A stretch of DNA of 64,000 nucleotides from a virus (lineage: Duplodnaviria > Caudoviricetes): positions 1 to 64,000 of the IMG/VR virus record IMGVR_UViG_3300033068_001704; one strand, given 5' to 3'. Positions 1 to 9,533 of this stretch are shown in pieces. Made by a program: the position numbers and the translations under genes. The first letter of the stretch is position 1. Each line of letters starts with the position of its first letter. Below the pieces are notes generated by a model. That model did no database searches. It was not told the DNA's origin and was given only the letters and a program-made list of their open reading frames with translations.

Positions 1-68
1 CCATGTCTTTTACACTTCGGGGGGTAAGAACCTTCACCCCCGGCGTTACCAAGGCGTAAAAGACCAAC

Positions 69-872
69 ATGACGACCAACGCGCAAAGCACCAAGGTTGC
101 GGCGTACCTCTCCGACCTCGCTGAAGAGACGAAGGGGTCGCCGCGGTTCGCTCGGTTCTCCACGCGCCTCGCAGGGGAAGTCCGCGCGGGGCTGCGTCGT
201 GGTGACCACGTCATGGAGTACGTCCTGCTGACCGGGGCGAGCTACCTGAACATGGTCACGCGGTCGATCGAGATTCTCGACCGCGAGCTTCAGTCCGAGA
301 CGTTCATCCCCGATCTCGTCAGCCTCCTCGCGCGCCGTGGGGTCACGGACGAGAAGACGAAGGCCCCCATCACCGAAAGCGACGTCATCGACGCGGTCTT
401 CGGCATCTACCCTGGGCGCAAGGGGCTCCTCATCGGTCTCCGCGAGACGGCCGAGGGAGTGAACTCCGACAGTCTCTCCGCCCACGTCTACGAGCCCCTC
501 GTCGTGGACGAAGAGCTGGTCCTCGGCTGCAAGGTGTACCGCGGGCTCGGTGATCCAAACGACCCGAAGGCGCCCGTTCCCGGGACGATCTACCTGGAGG
601 GGGTCATCATCTCCAGCCGGGTCGTGGAGCGCAGCCCGAACGGGGACAAGATCCCGTCGAAGCGCGGCGCATGTGTCGTCACCAAGGAGTTCCTCCAGGA
701 ACACCTCGACCTTCCGGTCCGCCGGTTCCGCACGTTCCGGCTGCTTCCCCGCGAGGCAACCTCGCTGAAGTGCGGGGAGATCGCGTTCCACGTCGTCGAG
801 GGTGTCGCCGCTGCGCGCCCTGGCGCAGTCCCGATCGAGAAACTGATCCACCGAGAGGAGAAGAACGGATGA
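69..872 (+). CDS. hypothetical protein
   Basis: 267-aa ORF with GC3-rich codons; overlaps next ORF via ATGA. Confidence 0.75.
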   Translation: MTTNAQSTKVAAYLSDLAEETKGSPRFARFSTRLAGEVRAGLRRGDHVMEYVLLTGASYLNMVTRSIEILDRELQSETFIPDLVSLLARRGVTDEKTKAPITESDVIDAVFGIYPGRKGLLIGLRETAEGVNSDSLSAHVYEPLVVDEELVLGCKVYRGLGDPNDPKAPVPGTIYLEGVIISSRVVERSPNGDKIPSKRGACVVTKEFLQEHLDLPVRRFRTFRLLPREATSLKCGEIAFHVVEGVAAARPGAVPIEKLIHREEKNG

Positions 873-1111
873 AGGTCGCAGAACTCAAGCGTCTCCTGGC
901 CGAAGCGCCGGACGACATGGAGGTCCTCCTTTCCGGGGGGCCCGATCACAGCTACTTCCGGCTCGAAGCGTCGAACACCCCCGTCGGAACGGTCGGGAAG
1001 TACGAGGAACGCGGGCGGGCGACGTACGTGGAGTGGTACGACGAGCGCAACGCGAGTCCGGGGGAGAAGCCGGTCGAGGCGTTCGTCCTCAACCATGGGA
1101 GGGCGCGATGA
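869..1111 (+). CDS. hypothetical protein (MKVAELKRLLAEAPDDMEV..., common small phage protein type)
   Basis: GAGGAG upstream of ATG 869; ATGA coupling on both sides. Confidence 0.75.
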   Translation: MKVAELKRLLAEAPDDMEVLLSGGPDHSYFRLEASNTPVGTVGKYEERGRATYVEWYDERNASPGEKPVEAFVLNHGRAR

Positions 1112-1317
1112 TCTCGCGGGCCACGATGGGCGTCGTCCTCACGGACGAGCACGGTCGCGTTCTCGGTGCGCACATCGATGAGCGCTCGGGGGAGGTCATG
1201 TTCATGTGCCCTTCCGGCAAGCCCGGGATCGTCCGTCGGCTCTCGCAGGTGCCCCGAGAGGAAGCCCGAGACTTCGCCCGTCACATCCTGGCCGTCGTCG
1301 GGGAAGACGACCAGTAA
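1108..1317 (+). CDS. hypothetical protein
   Basis: ATGA overlap, GGAGG SD. Confidence 0.65.
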   Translation: MISRATMGVVLTDEHGRVLGAHIDERSGEVMFMCPSGKPGIVRRLSQVPREEARDFARHILAVVGEDDQ

Positions 1318-1352
1318 AACCGGGTCCGCGATCCGTTACTCAGGTGCAACCA

Positions 1353-1601
1353 ATGCGCGACTCCTACCAGAAGCTCAAGACGGCTCTCGATGAAGCGGCG
1401 GCAGCCCGCGCGTGCATCGCCCAGAACCGCGGATACGAGAAGGACCAGGCCCGTGAGGGCTACGACGAGGTCATCTCGTCGGAGGTGGCCCCGGCGCTTT
1501 CTCAGGCGCTCGAAGACGCGAGCGGCGACATCGAGTCGAGGGACATCGAGAAGCTCGGGCACGTGCTCCTGAAGCTTCTGGAGAAGCGCACCACCATCTG
1601 A
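1353..1601 (+). CDS. hypothetical protein
   Basis: ATG 1353 after AGGT; typical codon bias. Confidence 0.65.
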   Translation: MRDSYQKLKTALDEAAAARACIAQNRGYEKDQAREGYDEVISSEVAPALSQALEDASGDIESRDIEKLGHVLLKLLEKRTTI

Positions 1602-1623
1602 CGAACGGACCGAGGAGAAGATC

Positions 1624-2478
1624 ATGCGTGGAATTCGAGTGATGTGCCCCGACTGCGGGGAGACCGTCCGACACACATGCGGGACGGCCCTGCGTCAGGA
1701 TCTGATCGACCTGCTCACCTGGACGCCAGAGGACGTGCACGAGAAGGTGTACAAGGCGATCGTCTCGGCGGGTCGATCCGAGGGTTGGATCGAAAAGGGG
1801 GAGGAGCCGCGGGGAGAGCCCTTCTTCGGGTCGCAGTCGTGGAGCTACGCGATGTTCGGCAAGAGCAGCGCCCGGTCGTTCCACGGATACATCGATGCGA
1901 TCGTGAGATCGGCCGGGTTCGATCCCGACGAGCTTCGCTCGGTCGCGTACAGGAAGATCTCCCGGAAGAAGAAGGAGCAGGAGAACTTCGAGAAGAACAC
2001 GAAGAAGATGAGCGAGTCGGCGGCGTTCATCAGCGGTGACGCTCCACTCGAAGAGCGCAAGGCTCTCCTAGAGAAGATCCTCCGCGACCGCGCTCTCACG
2101 CTGGACCCGACGAAGGAGGACGGGTACTCCCACCTCTACCGGTACATCAAGGGCCAGCTCAAGGGCGGGATCAGCGAGGCGGTCAACCGGCACGTCATCG
2201 AGGCGCTCCAGTACGAAGCCACGAAGGGTGGGGCTGTGGCCGTGGCTTGCTTCGACCCCACGGGTCGCTCCATCGTTCAGCGCCGGTTCCCGTCGTACGA
2301 CGAAGCGAAGAAGTTCCTCGCGGAGTCTGGGGACTTCGACCCCGAGTCGGAGAACGTCGCGCAGCACGCGGTGTTCTCCAAGATGCGCGGGCCCGATCGG
2401 GAACAGGACGGAGACTTCCAGCGCAGCAAGGCGGGGGCATGGGTCCCCTACAAGGGCCCCGTCGTCCCGGCGATGTAG
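1624..2478 (+). CDS. hypothetical protein with N-terminal CxxC
   Basis: GAGGAG SD, 284-aa ORF. Confidence 0.75.
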   Translation: MRGIRVMCPDCGETVRHTCGTALRQDLIDLLTWTPEDVHEKVYKAIVSAGRSEGWIEKGEEPRGEPFFGSQSWSYAMFGKSSARSFHGYIDAIVRSAGFDPDELRSVAYRKISRKKKEQENFEKNTKKMSESAAFISGDAPLEERKALLEKILRDRALTLDPTKEDGYSHLYRYIKGQLKGGISEAVNRHVIEALQYEATKGGAVAVACFDPTGRSIVQRRFPSYDEAKKFLAESGDFDPESENVAQHAVFSKMRGPDREQDGDFQRSKAGAWVPYKGPVVPAM

Positions 2479-2542
2479 TTCTGCCTGGATCCCCAGCGAT
2501 TGCGTCTATAGGGACACGGATACGTCTGACCCCCGTATCCGT

Positions 2543-3187
2543 ATGTCCACGCAACGCAGAGCCGAGAACCTCCCGTCGTCCGTCGAGCGGTACGTCGAGG
2601 AGGGCAAGGCCCAGGGCCTCGATGAAGGGGCAGCCTGGGCCGTGGCTTGGAGCCGGTACTGCAAGTACAAGCAGCCTGGATCTCCGCACTGCACGAAGAA
2701 GCCTTCCGAATACTTCCCCGGGAAGTCGGCTAGACTGATCACGCGTGCATACCTTGCGGGGGTGTCGGCCTTGGACGAGAGGAAGAACGACGTGAGAATG
2801 CAGGACGACAAGTCGGCGATGACGAGGCTTGCGCGTCGTGTCGCGCTTCGCTCCATCACCGCGGCGAACGAGGGATCTGTCCTCTCAGGGTCCCAGCGCC
2901 AGAAGATCAACATGGCGTTGATCCGCGCGGGCCTCGACGGGAACAAGCGCTTCCGCTCAGCGGGGGCAGCTCTGTCGGCCATCGCTGGGGTGCTCGACGA
3001 CAACGGGGTCGAGTGGGGCGAGGCCCTTTCCGATTCCTCTCTGCGTCAGGCGAAGGGCCGGATCTCGATCGAACTCGCATCGAAGACCGACGACGCCTTC
3101 TCCCCCGTTCAGATCCGCAACACCACCCTCTCGTTTCACTGGGATACGTTCGATTCAGGCGTCGAAGCCGTCGCGTACCTGGGCTGA
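2543..3187 (+). CDS. hypothetical protein, N-terminus ChaB-like (EGAAWAVAWS)
   Basis: ATG 2543 within ORF 2228..3187; an internal start at MQDDK is also possible. Confidence 0.55.
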   Translation: MSTQRRAENLPSSVERYVEEGKAQGLDEGAAWAVAWSRYCKYKQPGSPHCTKKPSEYFPGKSARLITRAYLAGVSALDERKNDVRMQDDKSAMTRLARRVALRSITAANEGSVLSGSQRQKINMALIRAGLDGNKRFRSAGAALSAIAGVLDDNGVEWGEALSDSSLRQAKGRISIELASKTDDAFSPVQIRNTTLSFHWDTFDSGVEAVAYLG

Positions 3188-3199
3188 TCAGGAGTCGTC

Positions 3200-3907
3200 A
3201 TGAACCTTCGCGCCAAGCTCATTCGAGTCGCCCACGAGAACCCGGCCCTCCGCCCCCACCTCCTGCCCATCCTGAAGGACTCGGCACGCGAGGCCTCGGA
3301 GCCGAAGGAAGCCGCTCGCGGGTGGGTGATCCCCCGGAACTCCTACATCCCCAAGGACAACCCGACCGTCCGTCGTGTCGAGTCCCCCGAGGGCATGGAG
3401 ATCTGGGCATGGGAATCCACTGGGAAGACGAGCCCGGTCGTCACGATCCCCTACGCGATCGTGTTCTCGGGGAAGTCTCAGAAGCCGGTGTGGTACCACG
3501 CGTTCCGCAGCGATGCGTCGCGTGACAAGGCCATCTCGGAGGCCATCACGAACTACAGCGCCGTCGCGGCCATGAAGGCGCAGCGGATGAACGAGCGGAA
3601 GAACTTCCAGCACGAACTCAAGGTGGGGGACGTCCTCTACACGAGCTGGGGCTACGACCAGACGCAGGTGGAGTTCTTCGAGGTCACGGCCCTCCCGACC
3701 CCGAAGACGGTTCTGGTCCGCGAGATCGCTGGCCGGACCGTCAGCCAGGGGATGGATTCGAACAAGGTCGAGGCCGTCCCTGGGAAGTTCATCGGCCCGG
3801 CCCTGAAGAGGATCCCCGGGAAGTACGGGGTCAAGATCGACGAGAGTCGGACCGCGTACCTGTGGGACGGCAAGCCCAAGTACGTGACCAGCGGCGGAGG
3901 CCACTGA
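3200..3907 (+). CDS. hypothetical protein with N-terminal LAHxNP tag and SWGYDQT motif
   Basis: AGGAG SD; N-term MNLRAKLIRVAHENPALRPHLLPILK. Confidence 0.8.
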   Translation: MNLRAKLIRVAHENPALRPHLLPILKDSAREASEPKEAARGWVIPRNSYIPKDNPTVRRVESPEGMEIWAWESTGKTSPVVTIPYAIVFSGKSQKPVWYHAFRSDASRDKAISEAITNYSAVAAMKAQRMNERKNFQHELKVGDVLYTSWGYDQTQVEFFEVTALPTPKTVLVREIAGRTVSQGMDSNKVEAVPGKFIGPALKRIPGKYGVKIDESRTAYLWDGKPKYVTSGGGH

Positions 3908-3909
3908 CC

Positions 3910-4314
3910 GTGCTCCACCCGAAGAACATCTCCAAGGAAGAGAAGGCAGAGCGCTTCGCATGGGGCGAGGCGCTGCTCTCCGAGGTGGAGAAGCTTCTTC
4001 AGGGGAAGGGCAAGATCGAGCGCCGTGGCTCGACCTTGAACCTCGAAATCGGAAGTGGGAAGAAGCGCTCCTGGACCGTGGCTGACCTGAACTACGACAA
4101 GCGCAAGGTCACCGTCCGGAACCACGAGGACCAGAAGAAGGTCCTCCCGGCCGACCCGAAGAAGATCGCGGCGTGGATGATCGGGATGCACGACCTCCAG
4201 TTCGTCCACTCGGGGGGCAAGGAGGCCAGCTCAGATCTGCGCTCGCGGACCATCCGTCTCGCGCACGAGAACCCGGCTCTTCGGCCTCACCTGCTCCCGC
4301 TCGTGAAGCGCTGA
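3910..4314 (+). CDS. hypothetical protein with C-terminal LAHxNP tag
   Basis: GTG 3910 after GGAGG; C-term DLRSRTIRLAHENPALRPHLLPLVKR. Confidence 0.75.
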   Translation: MLHPKNISKEEKAERFAWGEALLSEVEKLLQGKGKIERRGSTLNLEIGSGKKRSWTVADLNYDKRKVTVRNHEDQKKVLPADPKKIAAWMIGMHDLQFVHSGGKEASSDLRSRTIRLAHENPALRPHLLPLVKR

Positions 4315-4506
4315 TCAGGCCGTCTCTTCGTCGTACTCACGGGAGCGACAGAAGCCGGTCTCCAGCTCGTACAGGGCGTCGGAGATCAGCTCTCGCTCCT
4401 TCTCGATGATCTGATCAGGTGCGTTCAGATCGAGGAGCCTGACGAGTCGTTCCCGACGGCGAGAGAGTCTGAACCGGGCTTCTTCGGGGGCGATCGGGGT
4501 CTTCAT
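4315..4506 (-). CDS. small hypothetical protein
   Basis: MKTPIAPEE... 63-aa tail of ORF 4315..5145. Confidence 0.5.
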   Translation of the reverse strand: MKTPIAPEEARFRLSRRRERLVRLLDLNAPDQIIEKERELISDALYELETGFCRSREYDEETA

Positions 4507-4542
4507 GGTGATGTACTCTCTACCCCTCCCGGAGGTACAGAG

Positions 4543-4782
4543 ATGATGTCGATCCTGTCTGACCTGGAGCAGGTTGCCCGAGAGATCTCTGTGATCGAAC
4601 CCTTTGCGATCCGCATCGAGACATCCACGGGGATGCTCGAAAAGCTCAGGAAGCGGTGCGCTGTGAGTCATGGCGGTTCCTCGGTGTACGAGGGGGTCCT
4701 GATCGAGACCAACGACACCCTTCAGGGCCGCATGTACCTCGTGCACATGTCGGACGGGACGACGAAGGTTGGCCACTTCTGA
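4543..4782 (+). CDS. small hypothetical protein
   Basis: GGAGGT SD, 79 aa. Confidence 0.55.
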   Translation: MMSILSDLEQVAREISVIEPFAIRIETSTGMLEKLRKRCAVSHGGSSVYEGVLIETNDTLQGRMYLVHMSDGTTKVGHF

Positions 4783-4787
4783 ACGCA

Positions 4788-4823
4788 ACGAAGCCCCCCG
4801 CACAGATGCGCGAGGGGCTTCGT
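4788..4823. terminator. hairpin between convergent genes, possibly bidirectional terminator
   Basis: ACGAAGCCCC...GGGGCTTCGT inverted repeat. Confidence 0.55.
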
Positions 4824-4844
4824 CGTTGGTGGCTTCGAGGAAGC

Positions 4845-5021
4845 TCAGATGGCCGGGGTGAGGGCCAACACGGAGACACCCTCCGTCTGGATCGTCCCCT
4901 CGACCATCCACTTGCAGAATGCGACGCCGTCCTTGACGGACCCGACGGTCATCTTGTCGCTTCCGGACTTGAGGACCACGACGTCCCCGGCCTTGATCTT
5001 CGTCTGTTGAGTCTTGCTCAT
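4845..5021 (-). CDS. YodC/DUF2158-family small protein
   Basis: GDVVVLKSGSDKMTV...CKW pattern. Confidence 0.7.
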   Translation of the reverse strand: MSKTQQTKIKAGDVVVLKSGSDKMTVGSVKDGVAFCKWMVEGTIQTEGVSVLALTPAI

Positions 5022-5059
5022 GCGAGACGGTACCAAGGCCGTGGATGTCGCGGGAGACG

Positions 5060-5962
5060 TCAGGAGCGGGCCACCTCGCGACGCAGCACGTCGCGAATCT
5101 GCGCGACCATGGAGGCCATGCGGTTGCGGGACACGCCCGCGTCATCGGCCAGGTCGCAGCGCTTCACGCCGTCGAGCATCGACTCGAACAGCGCGCCGTA
5201 GCGATCGGCACCGCCCGGGATGCGGTAGCGGACGATGAACTTCGCCGCCTCGATGATCTCTTCCGAGATCATGATGTCCTCGGCGGACCGGCTGCTCGGA
5301 TCGTAGTAGTCGGTGACCTCTCCGCCCTCGACTTCGTAGCGCCGCTCGACGACCGGCTCCTCGGAGTTGACGACGACCAAGGGCATCCGCCCGAGGTCCG
5401 CCTGACGATCGCGGTTGGTCTTCGCGCCACGGGATGCCCGGAGCGACGCGTCCACGCCCCAGCCACGCATCTCGGTGCACGCGGACTGGTGCACCCATGC
5501 GCGCAGCACGCTGAGCTTCGGCTCCCCTCCCTCCAAGATGAACGACGCGAGCGTGTCCTTCTCGATGAGACGGGTGAGGAATGTCTGGACGTGATCTTCG
5601 ATCACCCCGATCCGACGCGAGGTCGGCAGACGATGGGTGAGGTGCTTGACGAGTTCGCTGAACACCTTCCGGCCGTTGCGGGCGAGCCACTGCGACGTGA
5701 GGTTGGGACCAGAGGCCTTCGCCGGAGGCGTGGACTCGGAGAGTTCGGCCGCGAGAGCCATGAGGGTCGCTGCCACGGGGGCGGCTGCGACATCTCCTCC
5801 AAGGGACTGGAGGGCGTCTTGCGCGATCTCGAAGGTGTCGAGATCGAGCTGTGATTCCTCAGCGAGGGCGAGGAGGGTCTGCTGCCGTTCTCCCCCGAGA
5901 ACATTGGCGGCACGTTCGAGACACAGATCGACGGAAAGCGACGAAATCGCGGTCTGGGGCAT
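5060..5962 (-). CDS. sigma-70/ECF-like transcription factor
   Basis: region-2-like EDHVQTFL...LRAWVHQSACTEMR and C-terminal HTH DLADDAGVSRNRMASMVAQIR. Confidence 0.55.
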   Translation of the reverse strand: MPQTAISSLSVDLCLERAANVLGGERQQTLLALAEESQLDLDTFEIAQDALQSLGGDVAAAPVAATLMALAAELSESTPPAKASGPNLTSQWLARNGRKVFSELVKHLTHRLPTSRRIGVIEDHVQTFLTRLIEKDTLASFILEGGEPKLSVLRAWVHQSACTEMRGWGVDASLRASRGAKTNRDRQADLGRMPLVVVNSEEPVVERRYEVEGGEVTDYYDPSSRSAEDIMISEEIIEAAKFIVRYRIPGGADRYGALFESMLDGVKRCDLADDAGVSRNRMASMVAQIRDVLRREVARS

Positions 5963-6174
5963 TGGGGAGGCTCCGGTCAGAGGCCCTGAAGTCAAAGACT
6001 TTCGGGCTAGGTTTGGGGGTACCCGTAGAAGACCTGGGGAGGTCTTGTTCGAGGTTCGGCCGGTATACCTGACGTGAGAGACCTCGTCGAGAGAATTCGA
6101 CCCGGTCTGGAACTGGTCGGTATTCAGGCGATGCCTGACTCCGGGGAGAGAGATCCCAACGGAGTCCGGGAGAA

Positions 6175-7659
6175 ATGCAGATGCTGGAGAAAATCGCGGG
6201 CATGTTCGATGAGATGGACGTGCTTGCTCGCGCCCAGTTCATGGAAGGCTTCCTTGGCTACCGTCCGTTCTCCGCGATCCGCGGGGCAAACGGGAAGTTC
6301 GCCCTCCTCAAGAGGATCTCGCTCATGGCGAGCGAGATCGGGGCGGTCAATCCCGCCTGGCTTTCCAAGAGCGACACGGGCCTCTACCGGAGCGTGCTGA
6401 TGGCGGTGAGCCGTGCCATCCGCTCCGCCCCCGGGGAGCGCGCCATGGAGGGCGCTGACCTGCTCCAGACGATGATGGGTCTGGCGGGCTGGGAGGACGA
6501 GGAGACGGGCGAGACGCTGGAGGTCGGCGGCAAGTCGCCCTTCTGGCTCGCCGGCAAGTACGCCAGCACCGGCGCCTACGCGAAGCGGATGCAGGAAGGG
6601 GATCTGGTCCCCGACGATGCCTCCGGGCTCAGCGTGAAGCTCGCCCACAGGCGTGCCCTCGACGTCCTTCGCTCCGAGGCTCTCCGGGCCCGGAAGACCC
6701 GCGAGAACGCCGACGAGATCATGGAGGAGACCGTCTCGGACTCGTCGGATGACGACGGTGGGGAGTGGGACTCGATCGTCCAGGTGCTTCTCTCGGAGCC
6801 GAACCACCCGCTGTCGAAGAAGTTCTTCGGCTGGATCCAGAACGTCCTCCCGCAGGTCATGCGCGGCCCGAAGGCCTCGGAGGTCATGGGCGGGTACTTC
6901 CAGCTCCTCGGCTCAGGCGAGCTGAAGGGAGGCCGTGGCGTCGATACGCGCGCGGCTGAGATCTTGGGCATCACGCCCATGAAGCTCTACGACTTCAAGA
7001 AGACCTTCGAGACCAACGTCGTCTCGTACATCGAGGCGAACCCGTCCGCGCGAGCGTTCCTCCAGGGGCTGTTCGAGGACACGACCCTCATGAGGGATCT
7101 GTTCCGGGGTCGCGTCCGCCTCGCTGCGAGCCTCAGCCCGAAGGCAAAGGCTCTCCTCGAAGCTCTCGCTGGTCACCCGATCTTCAAGACCGAGAAGGTC
7201 GTCTCCCGCAAGAGCATCGGGGACGTGCTCAAGAAGCACAACTCGAACGGGGCCCCGCTCATGGAGCTGGCGAAGGGTCGGTTCATTTCCTACGACACGA
7301 CCGGGGACTCCCAGGTCTTCGGAGGTCGCATCTCGATCACCAAGAAGGGCTGGGCCGAGGCCAGCAACCAGGATCGAGTCGCCCGCAAGGTCGCTTCGAG
7401 GTTCATGGTCCTCGCTGCCCTTCGTTCGTACCGCTCGGCCTCGGTGACCATGACCCCCGAGAACCGGAAGAAGATCTTCGCGGCGGTCTGGAAGAAGTAC
7501 AAGTCGATGGGTGACGGTCGCATCACCGGCGGCAAGCACCTCGTCTTCGACGCGGCCGGCTCGGCCGTCGTCCCCAGGAACACCACCAAGGCCCTGGAGG
7601 ACATGACGGACGACCAGCTCGTGTCCTTCGCCCGAGAGAAGGGCATCCTCCGCAGCTAG
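6175..7659 (+). CDS. sigma-like protein with C-terminal extension domains
   Basis: AHRRALDVLR (region 2-like) and AAEILGITPMKL (HTH-like); followed by RLAAS/RVARKVAS/RSAS-linked segments. Confidence 0.45.
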   Translation: MQMLEKIAGMFDEMDVLARAQFMEGFLGYRPFSAIRGANGKFALLKRISLMASEIGAVNPAWLSKSDTGLYRSVLMAVSRAIRSAPGERAMEGADLLQTMMGLAGWEDEETGETLEVGGKSPFWLAGKYASTGAYAKRMQEGDLVPDDASGLSVKLAHRRALDVLRSEALRARKTRENADEIMEETVSDSSDDDGGEWDSIVQVLLSEPNHPLSKKFFGWIQNVLPQVMRGPKASEVMGGYFQLLGSGELKGGRGVDTRAAEILGITPMKLYDFKKTFETNVVSYIEANPSARAFLQGLFEDTTLMRDLFRGRVRLAASLSPKAKALLEALAGHPIFKTEKVVSRKSIGDVLKKHNSNGAPLMELAKGRFISYDTTGDSQVFGGRISITKKGWAEASNQDRVARKVASRFMVLAALRSYRSASVTMTPENRKKIFAAVWKKYKSMGDGRITGGKHLVFDAAGSAVVPRNTTKALEDMTDDQLVSFAREKGILRS

Positions 7660-8592
7660 GCCCTCCAGGAGGCCCTGAGAGACCCAAAGAGGGTCCGGCG
7701 TCTCCCTGCACAGCCCAAAGAGGCTCCTGGGCATCCTGGAGCCTCCCGTGAAGACCCGGCCTAAAAACCGGGTCTTTCGCGTTTCGGTGGCAGGTGGTCG
7801 GAAAAAATTGGTAGCCGAACGGATTCGGACTCAGTAGACTCGGCGCGGTTTGTTCTCTCCTCATCGAGGAGACGTGGATTCCCTCCCGGTCTGGACCTTC
7901 TCGTAGCCTTCGGGCTCGTGAACCAATGGACCGGGGTCAGAGAGGCCCCCCGCCAACAAGGGGTCTCACGGGGTCCAGACCCGAAAGGGTCGTAGAGGCT
8001 GAGGCCAGCGGGCGCTACCGAACGAACTTCCGCATCCTCTTCGGAGGTCGGATCCAAGGACCCGTCACAAGTCGGCCTACGCAATGAGGCCCTCGGGGGT
8101 GGTTACGTAAGAACGGACCCCTGTAGATACCAACCTCCCGTTCCCGTTGGGTGGACCTCCTTCTCGCCAGTCGAGAGGGGACAAAGGCCAGAGGGAACAG
8201 ACCCGACCTGCAAGGGCGGATCACCTAGGAGGGGAAGAGATGAAGATCTCTTCCTTTCGTAGAAAGGGAAGAAGAAGGTTGGTAGCTGATTGTGTCATCA
8301 ACAAATACTACTGCTGAAGACACTGAAATACCTGCCGAGTGAGTCGAAGACGAACGAGTTAGAGCTGCTGTAGACGCTGTAGACGACGACGTAGACGCTG
8401 AAGTTAGGGTAGCAAGAGCCTCCTCCAGTCCGAAAGGCAGGGAAGGTCAGACAGGGGAAGACGATTTCCCCTAGGATCAACGAGTCGGGGGACTCGTAAG
8501 GGATTCGTGTACCTATCAGGTCTATACGGCCTGTTTGGGAGCGAGATCTCCTGGTCCACGTATGGGTTGGGAGAGGGAAGAGAGAGCCCTCT

Positions 8593-8916
8593 GTGGGAAG
8601 CCCGTACCGGATGAACGTGAGCTTTCCTCGTCTTGTCGAGGATGCCTGGGACATCCTCCGAGACCGGAGGTATCCGTGCTTCCCTCATGGGAGTAGGGCA
8701 GCACCCTCTCGGGTGATGTACGTGTTCCCGAAGTTTGATCAGGGATACGCGTACGACCTCTGGGAGAGAGTGGTGGCTCCGACCCTCTTTGCTCTGAATC
8801 AGAGCCCTCCCCCCTACGCTGGAGGTTGGGACAACCCGGTCTCGAAGGACCTGGTAGACGCTGCTCTCAGGTCTGCCCTCTCTGAGTCGGCCTGGGCGAA
8901 CAAGATCGACTACTGA
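8593..8916 (+). CDS. hypothetical protein
   Basis: 107-aa ORF; start uncertain (GTG 8593 or ATG 8611). Confidence 0.45.
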   Translation: MGSPYRMNVSFPRLVEDAWDILRDRRYPCFPHGSRAAPSRVMYVFPKFDQGYAYDLWERVVAPTLFALNQSPPPYAGGWDNPVSKDLVDAALRSALSESAWANKIDY

Positions 8917-8982
8917 AACCCTTGGTTTCTGAGGGATCCTGGACCGAGTCGAAAAAAAGATCGCCTCCTTGTCGTTTTCTGT

Positions 8983-9011
8983 TTGACGCAAAGATCGACG
9001 TCCATTAGATA
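8983..9011 (+). promoter_or_regulatory. putative sigma-70 promoter of leader/tRNA operon
   Basis: TTGACG -35, 17-nt spacer, weak TAGATA -10, A/T-rich tract upstream. Confidence 0.45.
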
Positions 9012-9046
9012 ACCCACTCCAGGTTCATAGAACCAAGAACACCACC

Positions 9047-9178
9047 ATGCGTCCCCTGCATCACACCTGCCCGATGGCAATCTCGTATACGGCCGAAGCG
9101 CCGAATACGGATTGGTCCGTCGGCACGCTCGTGATCGGTCTCTTCGCGAGCCCCAAGCAGGAGCGTACCACCGGGTGA
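9047..9178 (+). CDS. attenuator leader peptide, 43 aa (MRPLHHTCPMAISYTAEAPNTDWSVGTLVIGLFASPKQERTTG)
   Basis: short ORF between promoter and terminator; all 20 amino acids; stop codon overlaps antiterminator. Confidence 0.65.
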   Translation: MRPLHHTCPMAISYTAEAPNTDWSVGTLVIGLFASPKQERTTG

Positions 9179-9207
9179 CCTGACCTTCCCATCTTCGGAT
9201 GTGACTC

Positions 9208-9246
9208 AGGCCACCCAGGGAAACCCGGGTGGCCTTTCGTCGTTCT
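9208..9246 (+). terminator. attenuator terminator hairpin before first tRNA
   Basis: AGGCCACCC-A-GGG AAA CCC-GGGTGGCCT followed by TTCGTCGTTCT. Confidence 0.7.
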
Positions 9247-9272
9247 AGGCCCTTCTGATTCTGACCGCGAAC

Positions 9273-9356
9273 GGAGCTTGACGTGGGACGGGTGTCCCCT
9301 CCTGACTGTAAATCAGGCGCCTTCGGGCATGGTGGGTTCGAGTCCCACCGGCTCCA
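9273..9356 (+). tRNA. tRNA-Tyr(GTA)
   Basis: CCTGA-CTGTAAA-TCAGG arm, long variable arm, GTTCGA T-loop. Confidence 0.9.
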
Positions 9357-9444
9357 TCTCGAAATCGACTAGACCTATACGAAAATCGAATACTACAGGG
9401 CGTAAGCAGTTGCATCCACACCAGAAACCCTGCGGCTCCTCTTT

Positions 9445-9516
9445 GGGGTCGTAGCTCAGCGGCAGAGCAGGGAGCTTTTAACTCCACGGTCGAGGGTTCG
9501 ATCCCCTCCGACCCCA
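9445..9516 (+). tRNA. tRNA-Lys(TTT)
   Basis: cloverleaf, loop CTTTTAA. Confidence 0.9.
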
Positions 9517-9533
9517 CTTTCTTGAGTACGTGC

